From the NCBI GenBank assembly GCA_907165135.1, contig OU015569.1, positions 4,092,001 to 4,156,000 of the forward strand: a stretch of 64,000 nt of DNA. The letters are read 5' to 3'. A program made the position numbers and the translations under genes. Source of the stretch: Oikopleura dioica. Taxonomy: Eukaryota; Animalia; Chordata. The notes under the pieces were generated by a model. It ran no database searches. It saw only the letters and a list, made by a program, of their open reading frames with translations, and was not told the DNA's origin. The stretch's first letter is position 1; each line of letters opens with the position of its first letter. Of the stretch, positions 23,010 to 39,662 are shown one piece after another.

Positions 23010-24806
23010 TTCAGCTCAACTGCCCTTGACTGGAAAAGAATTTTTTGTTTTAATAAATGGAAATGATTTTAAATCAATCGTAACTTTGAATTGAAATCAA
23101 CGAAGAATACTACTTCATTCGAAAATTTCGTTCTTTTTTATGATATTTCCAATTTCCAAAAAATGGAGGATGAAATATTTTTATAGGGAATGTTTTACTA
23201 AGAGTGGCTTTCTATCTGACCGCCGTGTAGTCTGTCGCTTTCAATTTGGTATTCTACGTCGTTGTCTCAAAATTCCAGCGGCAATCGGAACAATCTGATT
23301 CCATTTTCCGGCCACTTAGGCCCATATTTTTGCCCATTTGTTCTCGAATTTTTCGTAAAACGGGTCGGTTTCGCTGCTTTTTAGTGGGAAGTTGGAGCTT
23401 GCCTCTTGCTCCGGAATTGAACTTATGGGTGTAGAAGGGGAAAGCGTGTACCTTTGGAATAATAAATAAGGTGATCCCGTGATGACATTAATTCGACACA
23501 GAGGGGCGTGAGATTCTTTTAGTTTGTTCGCAGAGCAGCTCTCGGAAGTTTTAGGTAAGCTTTTCTTTCGGAAAGATTTACGTCTGGTGCGGATAATCCA
23601 ATATCAACTCTGTCGGAAACGTCTGCTCCGCGCGCCGTTCCAATTAAAATAATCAAATCACCCCGAACGATAAGCTCGTACCAGCGTGAAAAATCCAAAG
23701 TCCACATGCAATTTTTTTTTCACAGGCTTTAACAACCACTTAGCGGACAGTTTGCGTTATACGTTTGAGCTTACGAAACTGGAGTACTCGAGGCGTATAT
23801 TTGTATTGTGCAGTGGGCGAAAAGGCCAACTTCAATTTGGTTTTCCTGCGAAACTTTGGAGTGCTCGGTTTACATTGCTCCAAACTTTGGAAAGTAGATT
23901 CAAGAGACACTTTTGGTGGTTTTGGCGCAGGGGCGCAAAATCAAAAAATGAAATTCGACGGGTACTCGAATTAGTGTAGGATTACTGCTGTCGCTATTTA
24001 TTTTGATAAGACGGAGACAGATAAAAGCGCGAGGCGCGTAACAACTTTTTTTCTGACGCAGCACACTTCGTTCTAGAGCCAGCTGATCAAAGCTGATTAT
24101 TGCCAATCGGGAATAGGAATCCTACTTAAATCAAAGGGAAGAGCTTCGCCCGTTCAAGAATGTATACATTCATCTTGAAAAAATGATTAAATCTTCTTCT
24201 TATTTTAATTAATTTTTTTACCATTAAAATAATTCATTTTCCCTCCTTGAATTGAAGCGTCAAATACCGTCTCCTTCAGTCAGAAGATAATGAGGAAACA
24301 GTGCGGAAAGCAGTTGTTTTATCTTTACTAACTTCTATGCTTCGCATCCAGCAGAAGTTTCTTTTTGATTTTGCTTTCGCCTTTTTTGTGGAAAGCAGCT
24401 GAAGGGAAGTTTATTAGTAAAAGACATCTTTATCGAACGGCAGGTATCGATGTTTATTCTACTTCAGCTGCAATATCTCCGAAAGTCCGCCCGAAATGGA
24501 AATACATTTTAGCTAAAAACTCTGTCCAAATCTGATAACTCCAGTCTATTCCTTCTAAAGACTTCCTAGTTTTGAACTTTACGAAAAAAAAAGAGACATG
24601 TTTTAATTGACAGAAAAATAGTAAAAAAGACACATCAAGAACATTACTGATGACAAATATAACTATGTATGTAGTACGAATAAGATAGTCAGTTTCACTT
24701 TTGTGAGTTGAAAACAAAGCGGGTTCGCTATTAGAGGTCAACAGTCGGCCAAAGTGTCGATTTGAGGAAGGTTTTTTTGTTTAGTTGTGTCTTTTGAGGA
24801 GGGCGG

Positions 24807-24898
24807 CGGAAGTGACCTTGGTTTGGAAGTGACGGATTTTGTTGCTGTGTGGAATGTTTTGGGGAGTGGATAAATCACTAGAATACCGCCGGAAGTGG
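24807..24898. promoter_or_regulatory. Cluster of three GGAAGTG (ETS-type) motifs
   Basis: CGGAAGTGAC (about 24807), GGAAGTGAC (about 24825) and CCGGAAGTGG (about 24889) lie within 100 bp. The target gene was not identified. Confidence 0.3.
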
Positions 24899-25553
24899 CA
24901 ACAAATAGTGGCCTAATATGGCGCTAATCCCTATATTTACCCATATTTATGGAAGAGCTGGCAGGGTAATAACGCAATATTATGGGCCAGAAAGGGATAA
25001 GCAAACACAGGAAGCGGAAACGGATTTGTGAAAAGCGAAGGCGAAAATAAATTACTTTCTACGTTCTAAGCGCTCTTCGAATTTGGACTCGGAGGCTAAT
25101 TAATCCCATTTACGGCTAATTGCCAGCCACAATCAACAAACGCTTTTTATAATAAATTGACTTTTCAGTGACTAAAATTTTTAAGTTACAAAGTAGTATC
25201 TTGCCAGTATCCGACTCATAATTTTTAATTGACTTAGAAGAGAAAGCGAAGCTTTTAGATATGTTCTTGTGCTAAAAATAAGCCTTGGTCTGAGAAGATC
25301 TGCTTGGTGCATTCGCGCGAAGACCCACTTGGGCTTTGAAAAAAGGGATTATCTTTTAGGTTTTGGTTGAAAATATCTTTAGAATAGATACAGTTCGCAG
25401 GTCAAATTTGCCAGGAAAATGTTTATTGAGACAAAAACGGCGGATTTGAGCTCAGTTGTCGCTCAAAATACATCCACAATCAATCGACTGATTTTCCAGA
25501 GTCTTCCGAAAAGATTTTAGAAACGGCAGCGTTTTCCTATCAGAAGCCAATTA

Positions 25554-27612
25554 CAGTTTTTTTCCATCTTTAGAGGCCTTTTGAGATTACAAGGGCCAAG
25601 AAAAAGTCCTCTTAAGTTGGAAATTTTTGAGTCGAGCCAGGTATACATATCTTAAAATTCTCTTCTCACTAATATTAAAGCCACACAACAACAGAGAAGT
25701 TAAAATTTGGTTTTTCCACTGAAAGATCGAATATTAACAAGGCTATGATTATTTCCAGAACAAGGCACGCGCCCATGTTTTTAATTTTTACTAATTCATT
25801 CCTCGAAACATATTTTGCTGGAAACATGTCCGAAAAGAGAATTCACATGACGATGGCAGAGAAAAAGAAGTATGCAGAGATTTTGGTGAATGGTGCGAAC
25901 AGGAGGAATGCTAAAAAGGCTGTAAATGATCTGTACCGAAAGCAACATGGACACGATATCCCGAAGTGTACATTTACAAACCTTTATAACAAAAGGTTTA
26001 CGATCCTGTCATCGAAATCGAAGCATAAATTTCAACTAACACAGAAGAAATCTTCATCAATGCAGAAGCTAGAAGAATAAATCAAGGAACTTTACCCTCA
26101 ACGCCAACATAAAATGAAACTTCGTGGAGCTGCAAGATGGTTGCGAAAAATGATTGATGAAAACTTTCCCGAAGACAAAGAGATACAAAATCTGTGTATT
26201 TCTTCACGCTTTGTCACACGAATTATTCGTGATTATGGACGAAAAACCTCGAAAAACACTGATGTTGTATATCTCACTGAAGATGAGAAAAATTTTGAAA
26301 TTCAGCGTTTACGAGCCTGTCGTTCTAAATATCCATTGAGGTGAGAAATTATCATTTATTTTTGCAATTATTATATTAAAGTGCTATTTTAAACTGTGAC
26401 GAAACGGGCGTCAACCGAGAGATCGACACGCGTAATCGTATCTTGCTTGGATCTGATGATCAACTGTCAAAAATCGCTCATCAAAAGAGCGGTTAACATT
26501 TATTCCGACTATAAATGTGTTTGGGCCGCTAAAAGATTACCGCCCTGCAATAATTACACGAAATCAAGGAAGTAAGTGGCAAAGTGCCCCAAGAAAACAG
26601 ATCGAACGAGTGGCCAACCCGAACTATGACGAAACCAAGCCCTCTTCCCCTAAAAATCTCCAATATCATGAAGTAGAATTCAGAGATTTTAAAGGTAAAA
26701 ATTGAAAAAAAACCAAGCTTATTTATTTTGAGATTTTCGACTTTACTGGAATCCCTCCGCCTGGTGTACAAGACCGATATTTATTCTGGAGCTGACTCGT
26801 CTTTCGACTTTTTTGAAAGAAAAAAATCCATCGCAGCGTTATTTGATGTATATCGATAACTGCCCTGCTCACAAGCTTCTTCCAAAGTTCAAAAATCTGG
26901 ACTTGTGTTTTTTTCGACCAGGGACTACAGGAAAAGTTTGATCAGTGTTATTTTTATCTTTGCGCGAAAAATATAAAATTTATTTTCAAACAAAAGAAGG
27001 TGTATACCAACCCTGCGATAATCTTGTTTTTTGTAATTTTAAGAAGAAAATCCGCTGCTTCCTCGATGATTTTATTGTCGATCACGATCATCTGAATATC
27101 AAGGAGGAAGAGCTCGTGAAAAAAGCCAACGAAATCTTCATGAACATGAACCCTGGAATCTTCAAGCGAAGTTGGATCAATACGGGATTGATCAAAGAAG
27201 AAGAATACAAGGATACTGTTGAAGAAGTCGAGGGCTTGGACGTTTTGGAAAGTATCTTGGAGAAACAAGATGAAGAAGAATTGATCGAGCATTTCCTGGC
27301 GCTTCAAATCGATGAAACACAAGCTGCAACCCCGATAGATATTGAGGAAGAACCGCAAATTCAAGTTTCAGATGAAGCTGACATTGCAAAGCCATCGACT
27401 TCAAAATGGCCAGAAAAGCAGTCAAAGATTTCTAGCTTTTTTACTGCTAAAAAAAATTTCAATTGATTCACTGTTAGCAGAAAAATTTTCTAAAAATTAA
27501 TAAAAATTATCGAGAAAGTCCTCTTAAGTTGGAATTTTTCAGGGTGACAAAATCGGCCAAATTGACGCAAAAGTCCTCTTAAGTTGGGGCCTCTTAAGAT
27601 GGAAAAAAACTG
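25554..27612 (+). mobile_element. pogo/Tigger-like DNA transposon (Tc1/mariner superfamily), 2059 bp, decayed
   Basis: 25-bp terminal inverted repeats CAGTTTTTTTCCATCTT(T/A)AGAGGCC with one mismatch, flanked by TA at 25552-25553 and 27613-27614. Internal CENP-B/DDE-type transposase remnants. Confidence 0.92.
25826..27466 (+). pseudogene. Disrupted pogo-family transposase with two short introns
   Basis: HTH region MSEKRIHMTMAEKKKY; NCDETG (26392-26409); frameshifted QKERLTF; YWNPSAWCT; YIDNCPAH; FFRPGTTG. In-frame TAA at 26078-26080; frameshifts or stops near 26485 and 26938. Confidence 0.85.
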
Positions 27613-27838
27613 TAGCTGGCAGCTCTTATTGTTTGCCGCTAATCAGACGAAATGACAAACAATTAATGCAAATTCGCGCGTTTACGAAATCTCAAAGAAT
27701 CGACGCGCTTTATTGGCATTAATCTTGTAGTGTGAAAGCTATTATTGCAATTGGCGCACAATGGGCAGCACATGTATTTGCGGGGGTGTTCTGGCGGTGA
27801 GGGGGGTCGTTTATCGTTTGGTTGTGCAATTTGATGTT

Positions 27839-28699
27839 TTACGCAGCCGCTGCGGTGAGGATTCCCCAGCCTCGCGCCATTGTCTTCGTCTTGTACTCGC
27901 ACATGTCGACGACTTTGCACCTCCACCGGTTGGTGCATTGTTTAGTGTCCAGAAACCATAAAACATCCACAGCAGAAGACTTCTACTAAGAAATTTCTGA
28001 CTCCGCCCGCGCCTTGTAAAACAATGCAGCATGAAAATACGAAACACGCATTAGCCTAAAAGGTGTCACTTTTTCCAAAGAACGCGTCTGGCTCCAAAAC
28101 GTCAGAAAATTACGAGCACTCTTTGTTTTCATTCAGCATCAGCTGTGGAGTCGCTTCATGCTCGCCCGTAAACGACAAATATTCTCTAATGGCGTTTGAT
28201 TATTTTACGTGGAGAATTGTTGAGTTTAATAAATTCTGTTGTTGGAGCGAGTCAAATGTTAGTGTTAGATATTTGGTTTGGTCAACATAAGGAGAGGGAA
28301 GTTTGTATCCATTTGCAGACTGGCCTCTAACAATTTGTAATCAACAGAGGTTTCCGAGAAAGGCTTATAATATCAAATATTTAGCGAACAATAAATAATA
28401 GACATCGAATGTTATTTTTATTGAACATTTATGAGTTTTTTTAGGAAAAGAAAAAACAAGTCAGAGGAGTAGAAAACTTCTATCTTGCTCAAGAATCCAT
28501 CTGGAACCTTAGTTTTCGAATAGTCTCTACGATTGTTACTGTTCTTGTGGTGAAACATGTCTCCGGCACTTTTAGAATTTAACCGGAAGTCCTTCAGTGG
28601 CAGATAAGCCCGAAATTCGGGCTGTCCGGGAATTTCAAGATTTGTTTGGGGTGCGGTGTCCTGCAATCCCTCCAGCCTTGCCTTCCTCTCAGTACTCAT
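27839..28699 (-). CDS. Putative multi-exon uncharacterised gene
   Basis: ORF MSTERKARLEGLQ... plus exon-like segments GQSANGYKLPSPYVDQTKY, EYLSFTGEHEATPQL, LMRVSYFHAALFYK and a terminal KSSAVDVLWFLDTKQC...ARGWGILTAAAA*. An AATAAA follows about 130 nt downstream. Some implied introns are very short. Confidence 0.35.
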
Positions 28700-29260
28700 C
28701 TATTCGCATCCTTTTGACTCTTCATATTTGAGACCAAGCCTTATCTATTTTGCTGTTAGTTCTCGTTCAGTAAGTTAGTAATTTTGCCATTTAGCAAACA
28801 CAAAGAACGATGCGCGTCTACTTATCCGTATCAATAAGAAAAATGAGTTATTGCTAATTCGATGGTTGGGTATAAACAGAATGAGAAGCGAAAACTGGTA
28901 AATGCGATTGAAATATAGAACGTAATCATTTTTCAAAGAGTTAGGGTCTCGGACGAGTTTCGCAAAAATTGAGTTTACTTCAGTGCCTCATTTCGGACAC
29001 ATTCGGCGGGCGAGGGGCGAATTGAATTTGAAAAAAAGAAGAGCGGAACCGCCGTGCGCTGATCAAACCAAAACGACAATCCAAAATGCGTTTTGTTTAT
29101 ACCCAAGCCGAAAACCATAAAGAAAAAAACGCCAGCTTACATGATTAGCTGAAGCCATCATCCGATCCCAAAGCCGACCATTCCGCATAATAACATATGA
29201 AAAGGGCCCTTTCAAACTGGCAACTCTGTTTTATTTGCGTGCATTCATTGTAAAACTTAA

Positions 29261-29333
29261 CCTTACGACGCCAAGTGTGTCATATATGACACATTGTCGT
29301 CGTAGGGGGAAATTCTCGTTTGTCGTCGTAAGG
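29261..29333. mobile_element. 73-bp piggyBac-type MITE
   Basis: TTAA on both sides (29257-29260, 29334-29337). Inverted ends CCTTACGACG(C/A)CAA. Internal perfect palindrome TGTGTCATATATGACACA at 29276-29293. Confidence 0.75.
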
Positions 29334-32300
29334 TTAATTTTATTTCAATAACTGGACAGAAGAATGATAGACAGGTGTCATTTTAGGAGGGCAATATACA
29401 GGTTATTAGAGTAGAAAATCGTGGATATTGACTTGGACGAGCTGCATCATCTGATAATTGCTCGTAAAAGGTAAAGAGGCTGAACGCGTGTCGAGCAGAA
29501 TCAAGTCACGAGTACCCTAAATGTTAGTTAACAGCTTGTCCTGATAGTGCAAGCCTTTTTGGTATTTAGGACAGCAACAAACAAGCACTTCCCGTGTCAG
29601 CAATTTTATTGCCTGTAAACAACTCCTCGCCGAGGAGTCCTCGGCACATCCCTGCTCACCCAACGTTCATCGGCAACAATATCCTTATGAGATCAAAAAT
29701 CCTAATAGATTGCGGCCTGACAAGAGTGGCGACAGTCTGAAAATAAAGCTGAGATATTCTAACCACAAACGATCGAAGTGGTCACGTGCTGTCCCAGTCA
29801 TTTGTCTTGAATGCATGTTTCATGTTCGTAAGCATTAGAATAGGAAAAATAACGGGCAAAGTGAAATAATAAATTCAAAAATAAACGACATATCCTGAAA
29901 TTAGTTTCACATTTATTTTGAGTGTCCCCGCTGGGTCAAACAAAACATAAACTTTCTTCTCCAAAAAATACTTTTTTTTTCTTCTGCTCCTCTCGAGAGA
30001 CAAGCGGATTCCGTGGAAAGCGAGGACCCGAAGAAAGGATTAACCATTGGCTGTAACTACTTCTTGTTTGCCGATGCTAAGCGTACTGATTTCAGCGCAA
30101 TGAGCGTTTGAGCTCAGAAGGCGCGCAAGTATGGCAGGTAACGGTGTTTTGGGTTTGTATATGTAAATGTATTTGAGTAAAGCTGGCGGATTACATCTCC
30201 CAGTTGGAAGGACTCGCGTGCACAATCCGATCCCGTCAATCCCGTTCCGTCTCAGTACCTTATCATATGTTCGCGTGCCGCAGCCCGAGCGAAACCAATC
30301 CAAATTTCCACGAAGCAAAAGAAGCCTTCCAATCACCTAATAAGATAAGGCGAAGCAGGCGACGATTTTATCTGTTCAGAAAATGAAATAAACCGCGAGC
30401 TCTTCACGAAAGGGTGCTGGAATAGGGCAAAGAGTGATTTGAAAATAATTTTTTCGTCTTTTGCTCATTAGTGCTCAGTGCTGGTGGCACAATCTGGCGT
30501 GATCTGCCGTCAGAAGTGCTTTAAGTCTCCCGGAGGACGGGGTGACGTTATCAAAGGGGCGTCGCGTCAAAAACTGAGCATAAATGAATCTACGTTCTTT
30601 CTGATAGTACGCGAGCGCCTGGTTAACTTGGGCACCTTACTGTCTGAGTGCTGGTACTCCACAATTGGCAATCAAGTGCTCATTTTACGCTTTGCATTCG
30701 TCGACGAGAATTCGGTGATTTTTTCTGAAGCACGCGAGTCCGGACTATGCCCCTCGATTAGATAGGAAATCATGTGATTGGTATTTTGCATTTTGTTGTG
30801 TTGGAGTAATTTAGAGAGCGGCTCACATGACCTCGGTAGCGAGAGCTGCACTTGGTGGTGCTAGATACTGGTGTAATTATCCAAATATTTAGCTGCACCA
30901 GAGCGGGTCAAGCCTCTGCAATATTGGCGGGGTGTAATTTTGCTAATTTTTGGCGTGGCTGCCTCGGAAGCCCGTCGTAGCTAGAATTATTTCGCCAAGT
31001 TCACTTTTTATTCTGTACGCATTTCACAAGTAACTCGCTATCAATTGACTGGTGCCTGATGGCTCTAACTGATGTGGCGATGTAAAAGATTCAACGATGT
31101 TTGATGGCAAAGTAGAGCAGTCGAAAAAATCGTTATGGCCCTGGCCCTGAAACGAGAAGATAACAGTGCTCCCGTGCACTGATAGGAGACGTACGTTTCC
31201 ATTTCTTATCACTAACGGAGTACCATTGTTCCGGCGCCAAATTTTCGCCCTTCAACGCGAGACAGCCCGCGCTGACTAGCTTCCTTTCCCGCACTCTCAC
31301 AGTAATAGTAGCAATTTTACTGATGATCTGATAATTGCTTATCCCTGGCTTGTAATTGAGCAGTACTCGCCAACTGTAGCTTTGACTGAATGGAAAATCT
31401 TGGTCAAAATCTCATCCCTCGATTAATGATCAGATACTGCCCCAGATATCTCGCCGATTTTTTGGTTGAGTGCGCTCGCACAAAATTCAAAATTTCAAAT
31501 TTCTGCAGATTTTCAGCTGCGCGCTTATCAGATGGAGTAAAACTGCTGAGCTGAACCATCGCTAGAATCCATCGCGATTTTCACCTAGACCTGGCTGATC
31601 ACATCTCCTTCACTCTATCGAACTAAATCTAAGCCGTAAATCCACAAAATTTATAATCCGCGGGTTTTATGCCTCCCAAGATATCCAAAACTTCCAAAAC
31701 TTGAGTTACGGATACATATGATCCCTCTATTCCCTCTAAGAAAACATTTTGTTGAGCCGTTTTGTAAAAATAATAAATTAAAGGGCGAGCCGACGGCGCT
31801 GCGTAGCTCAGTGCGACATCACTAGAATCGGGACCCAGCGCTCAACAACTTGTATACAAAAATAGAAAGCCGAAAAATAAGCAAGATCAAACGGTGCTTG
31901 TTGACGAGGGCTACTTTCAGCGCCTCAATGGGCGTATTTAGCTTTCAGTATATTCTCCGTGAATTGTGTATCCAGCCGGACGACCTTGTGAAAGATACTA
32001 TGCGTGTAAGTGTATTTTATTTTATTTCTTCGGTTGGCCTATGACACGGGTTAGGATCAGGTTAGGTCAACAATCCTATAGCTGCAGGTGTCCTGTGGAA
32101 ACGATAAGAAAACGTTTCCGCCAGCTCGGGGGGGCTCGTTCAACCATTCAATAAAAATAAAATAATTCCACCAAGGAAGTATCACGCGCCAGAATAAGTC
32201 ACACTTCATCTCATCCGATTTCGGATTAAGCAGCACTTCCGCATCAACTGTGACCTTCTCCGAAAATCCACACGAGCCAGGACGCTGCTGAAACTAGCCA

Positions 32301-34637
32301 GCTTGAAAATTGTTACTCAAATTAGCCTTTTCAAACCTAGTTTCAAAGATCAAAATACGCAACAGAATTTTTTTTTGTTTGCGATGAGCCTTATATAAAA
32401 GTTTTACAGTGGCTCTCATGTGAGGAATTCGAAAGAAAGTGTCTGCTTTGTAACTAATTAGTAGACTTTTGATTATTTCCAAAAATTTGCCCAAAATGGC
32501 CTCGCGTTAAATAACGAGGTACCCCAAGGTCGGTTGCTGATTTTCCGGTTCCTCTTCATAGAGTCGGCTAATTAGTTCCAAGCTCTGTCCGCGCGTCTGT
32601 GCGTGTGTCTCTGCCCGAGCGGCAGTTTTGATCAGCAGGTGCGCCGATTCGCCTCACAGTCCTAAATGAGGTCAGAGGTAATTAATAAACCACTCCAGTG
32701 ACCTGTCGATTAAGACCTGCACTGCGAATGATTTTCTGCATTGGTTCTGACTCCTGTTTGGCGATTCAAAAAAGTCAAGTATCTGTGGCGCGTCTTTAGT
32801 TGCTCAGGTGAGCTCTCATCCAAGTCAATGGCATTAAAATGTTTTTGAACTTTCTAGCGCGCGCGTGCTTTGCTTAGACATAAAAAAGAATTTAGGAGCG
32901 GGATAAGAAGAATTCAACGACATTTAAACAGAGCCACGGAACGGAGAGCGGCAGGTGGAAATTTCGGAATTTAAGAGGAGAAAAATTTGCATCGAAAGGG
33001 AATTCCTGCGGAATCTGGCGCCCGATTTATGTCCAACCCGAATCGAAAATTCCCCCAAAGCCGTTTAGAATCGGCTAAGCGCGTTTATACGGAGTCTGTC
33101 TTCTTTACTGTCGCTTGTACTGTTCTTCAATGTGTTTTAGGCAGTCTAGCGTCGAAGACGTCCCTTGGTTGAGATTTCACTAAATGATTTTTTCTCAGTT
33201 CAATTAGATAAGTAAACATTATTGGCCGTCTAAATAACTGTCGAGGATTCACTTGAGTGCTGGTGTCTGCTGGATAGCTTATCCCTAAAAGTTTTGGGTG
33301 TTTGTGTTGGGCTCACTTTGTCCTGCATAACCTTGACGCATTTATTTACTAACTGTTTGTTCATAATAGTTTATGGTTGTTTTGCCTGTGTATCTTTAGT
33401 GGCAGTTTATTTATACTTGCCGCGTGCCCCGTGCTCCGCCTTGTTTGTAAGCAACTTTCAATTATTATACAACTATCTGACAGGCAACGATTTCACACCG
33501 TTTCCGTTCTGACTTCTACACGTTTTCCAAACATCAACAAACCTTGAAGAAAATCGACAAAATAAAGTCGCCTAAACAATAATCGAATCAATAATCAAAG
33601 TGAAACTTATCAAAAGAAGCGAGGAGAATCGACGATGAAGACTGCACTCTCGCGACGAGGAAATAAACAACAACAAACCAAAACTAGCGATAACAATAAA
33701 GTTTTCAGTCCCAGAACTAACAAAAGAGCTATCAAAGACGGCGCGGGCATCGAGAGTGATGCAGAAATAATATACAAATTAGGCTCGATTCACTTTGGAG
33801 CAATTATAGTGCAGAGATCGGCTGCAAGCTTTGCGCTGTGAGAGTTTGTTAAATAAAAGTGATGAGCTTGTCTGAATTACAAACTGAAGCTGATGATGAG
33901 CCCGGGAGGCGGCCGGATTTGCGTTGTAAACGGCATTCACGAATTAATCCCATCGAAGCTCCATTCTACCCTCTATGAAAATATACAACGCGTAAATGTT
34001 GTTCCGCCTCTACAGTGGCTATTTGGCGATTACTTGTTGGAATCGTAAATTATTTCTTTACTGCTAGGTTTAGGCGCAAGGGCGGTATACGCCGTTTATA
34101 AATATTTATCTATCCAAGGTTTTGAATGTTATTGAGTTGGATGAATCTTTTGGCGGTGGATGTGGCGTTGGTGGAGGCCTCGCTGGTGCAGAGTGTTTAC
34201 CACTGTTTACGTTATCACGTCAAAGTTTGCGCCGTGATTGGCCGAAGGCAGCCCTGGTGCCGCAGCCCCGCGCCAGTTCTAAAATCGGCGCAAGGTGGCG
34301 CGACCGCGCTTCGCTCTCGCTAGACGGCGCCACCGCTGGCCCTCTCCCACCACATCTAGAACCCTAGCCACCGTCTCTCACCAAAACCAAACCTCCCAAG
34401 AGCTTTATTAACAACACACTCTATCTATACGAAAAGAAACGAAAAGCGACGAAACAAGGTCTCGAAAATAACAAAACAAAACACTTTGTCAAAAACACAA
34501 CAAACGAAAAACTTATCGGATCCTTTACAACGATCCAGACAGAGACTCACCGATTAATCAAGAGATAAACAAAAATCATCAAGCTGGCGTCTCCAGATCT
34601 CCAAAGCAAGGTCGGCTATCCGACCTCGACCCTATCG

Positions 34638-39120
<4,483 letters not shown>

Positions 39121-39662
39121 AAAGTCTTAAATACTGAAAACGCTAATTCCTCCACTGAACTTCTTGCTAGATTTTCAAGGAGACTGTGAACAGCACTTCT
39201 GTGAAAATAGACCCTTTCCAAAAGCGAATCTTAATTTGTGAAATAATTTCAGTAAAATAGTCAGTTCGAATTCTCCATTCGCGCGAATATGATACTCAAC
39301 CAAAAATAATTCAAACTTGCATGTTACAACTGCCGATTTTACCTTTCCCTGAATATTTCTGTCAACTTACACGTTACTGTCATACTGTACATAAACTATT
39401 TAACTCGTTCAAAAAGCAGTTTTTTGATAAACACTTCGACCCTATAAAATGGACAAACTTGAACGTTAATTATCACTCTCACTTTTACACAGAGCTCAAA
39501 ACGCACAATAAAGTCAGGGTTAGAAAGAAAGGGCTTTTCTTGCAAAATATGAAGCAGTGATTAAATATAACTTGATTAAATAGAACGGTAAACGAATGTA
39601 GATATTCAGCTTTTGCATAGATATTATTATCTCTGAATGCCATCTTTTCGTGATTGACGACT

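Noticed and set aside
24240-24741. Minus-strand ORF 24454-24741 and possible exons
   Set aside because: Much of it is T-rich intron-like sequence; no family match or clean gene model.
29623-29639. Hairpin ACTCCTCG-C-CGAGGAGT
   Set aside because: An 8-bp stem with no flanking structure; expected by chance in 64 kb.
31796-31842. tRNA-like stretch GCGCTGCGTAGCTCAGT...CAGCGC
   Set aside because: Only about 46 nt, with no B-box/T-arm and no cloverleaf.
30040-34367. Many 60-100 aa ORFs upstream of FoxF
   Set aside because: No motifs, no splice-consistent chains and no codon bias; likely chance ORFs in regulatory DNA.
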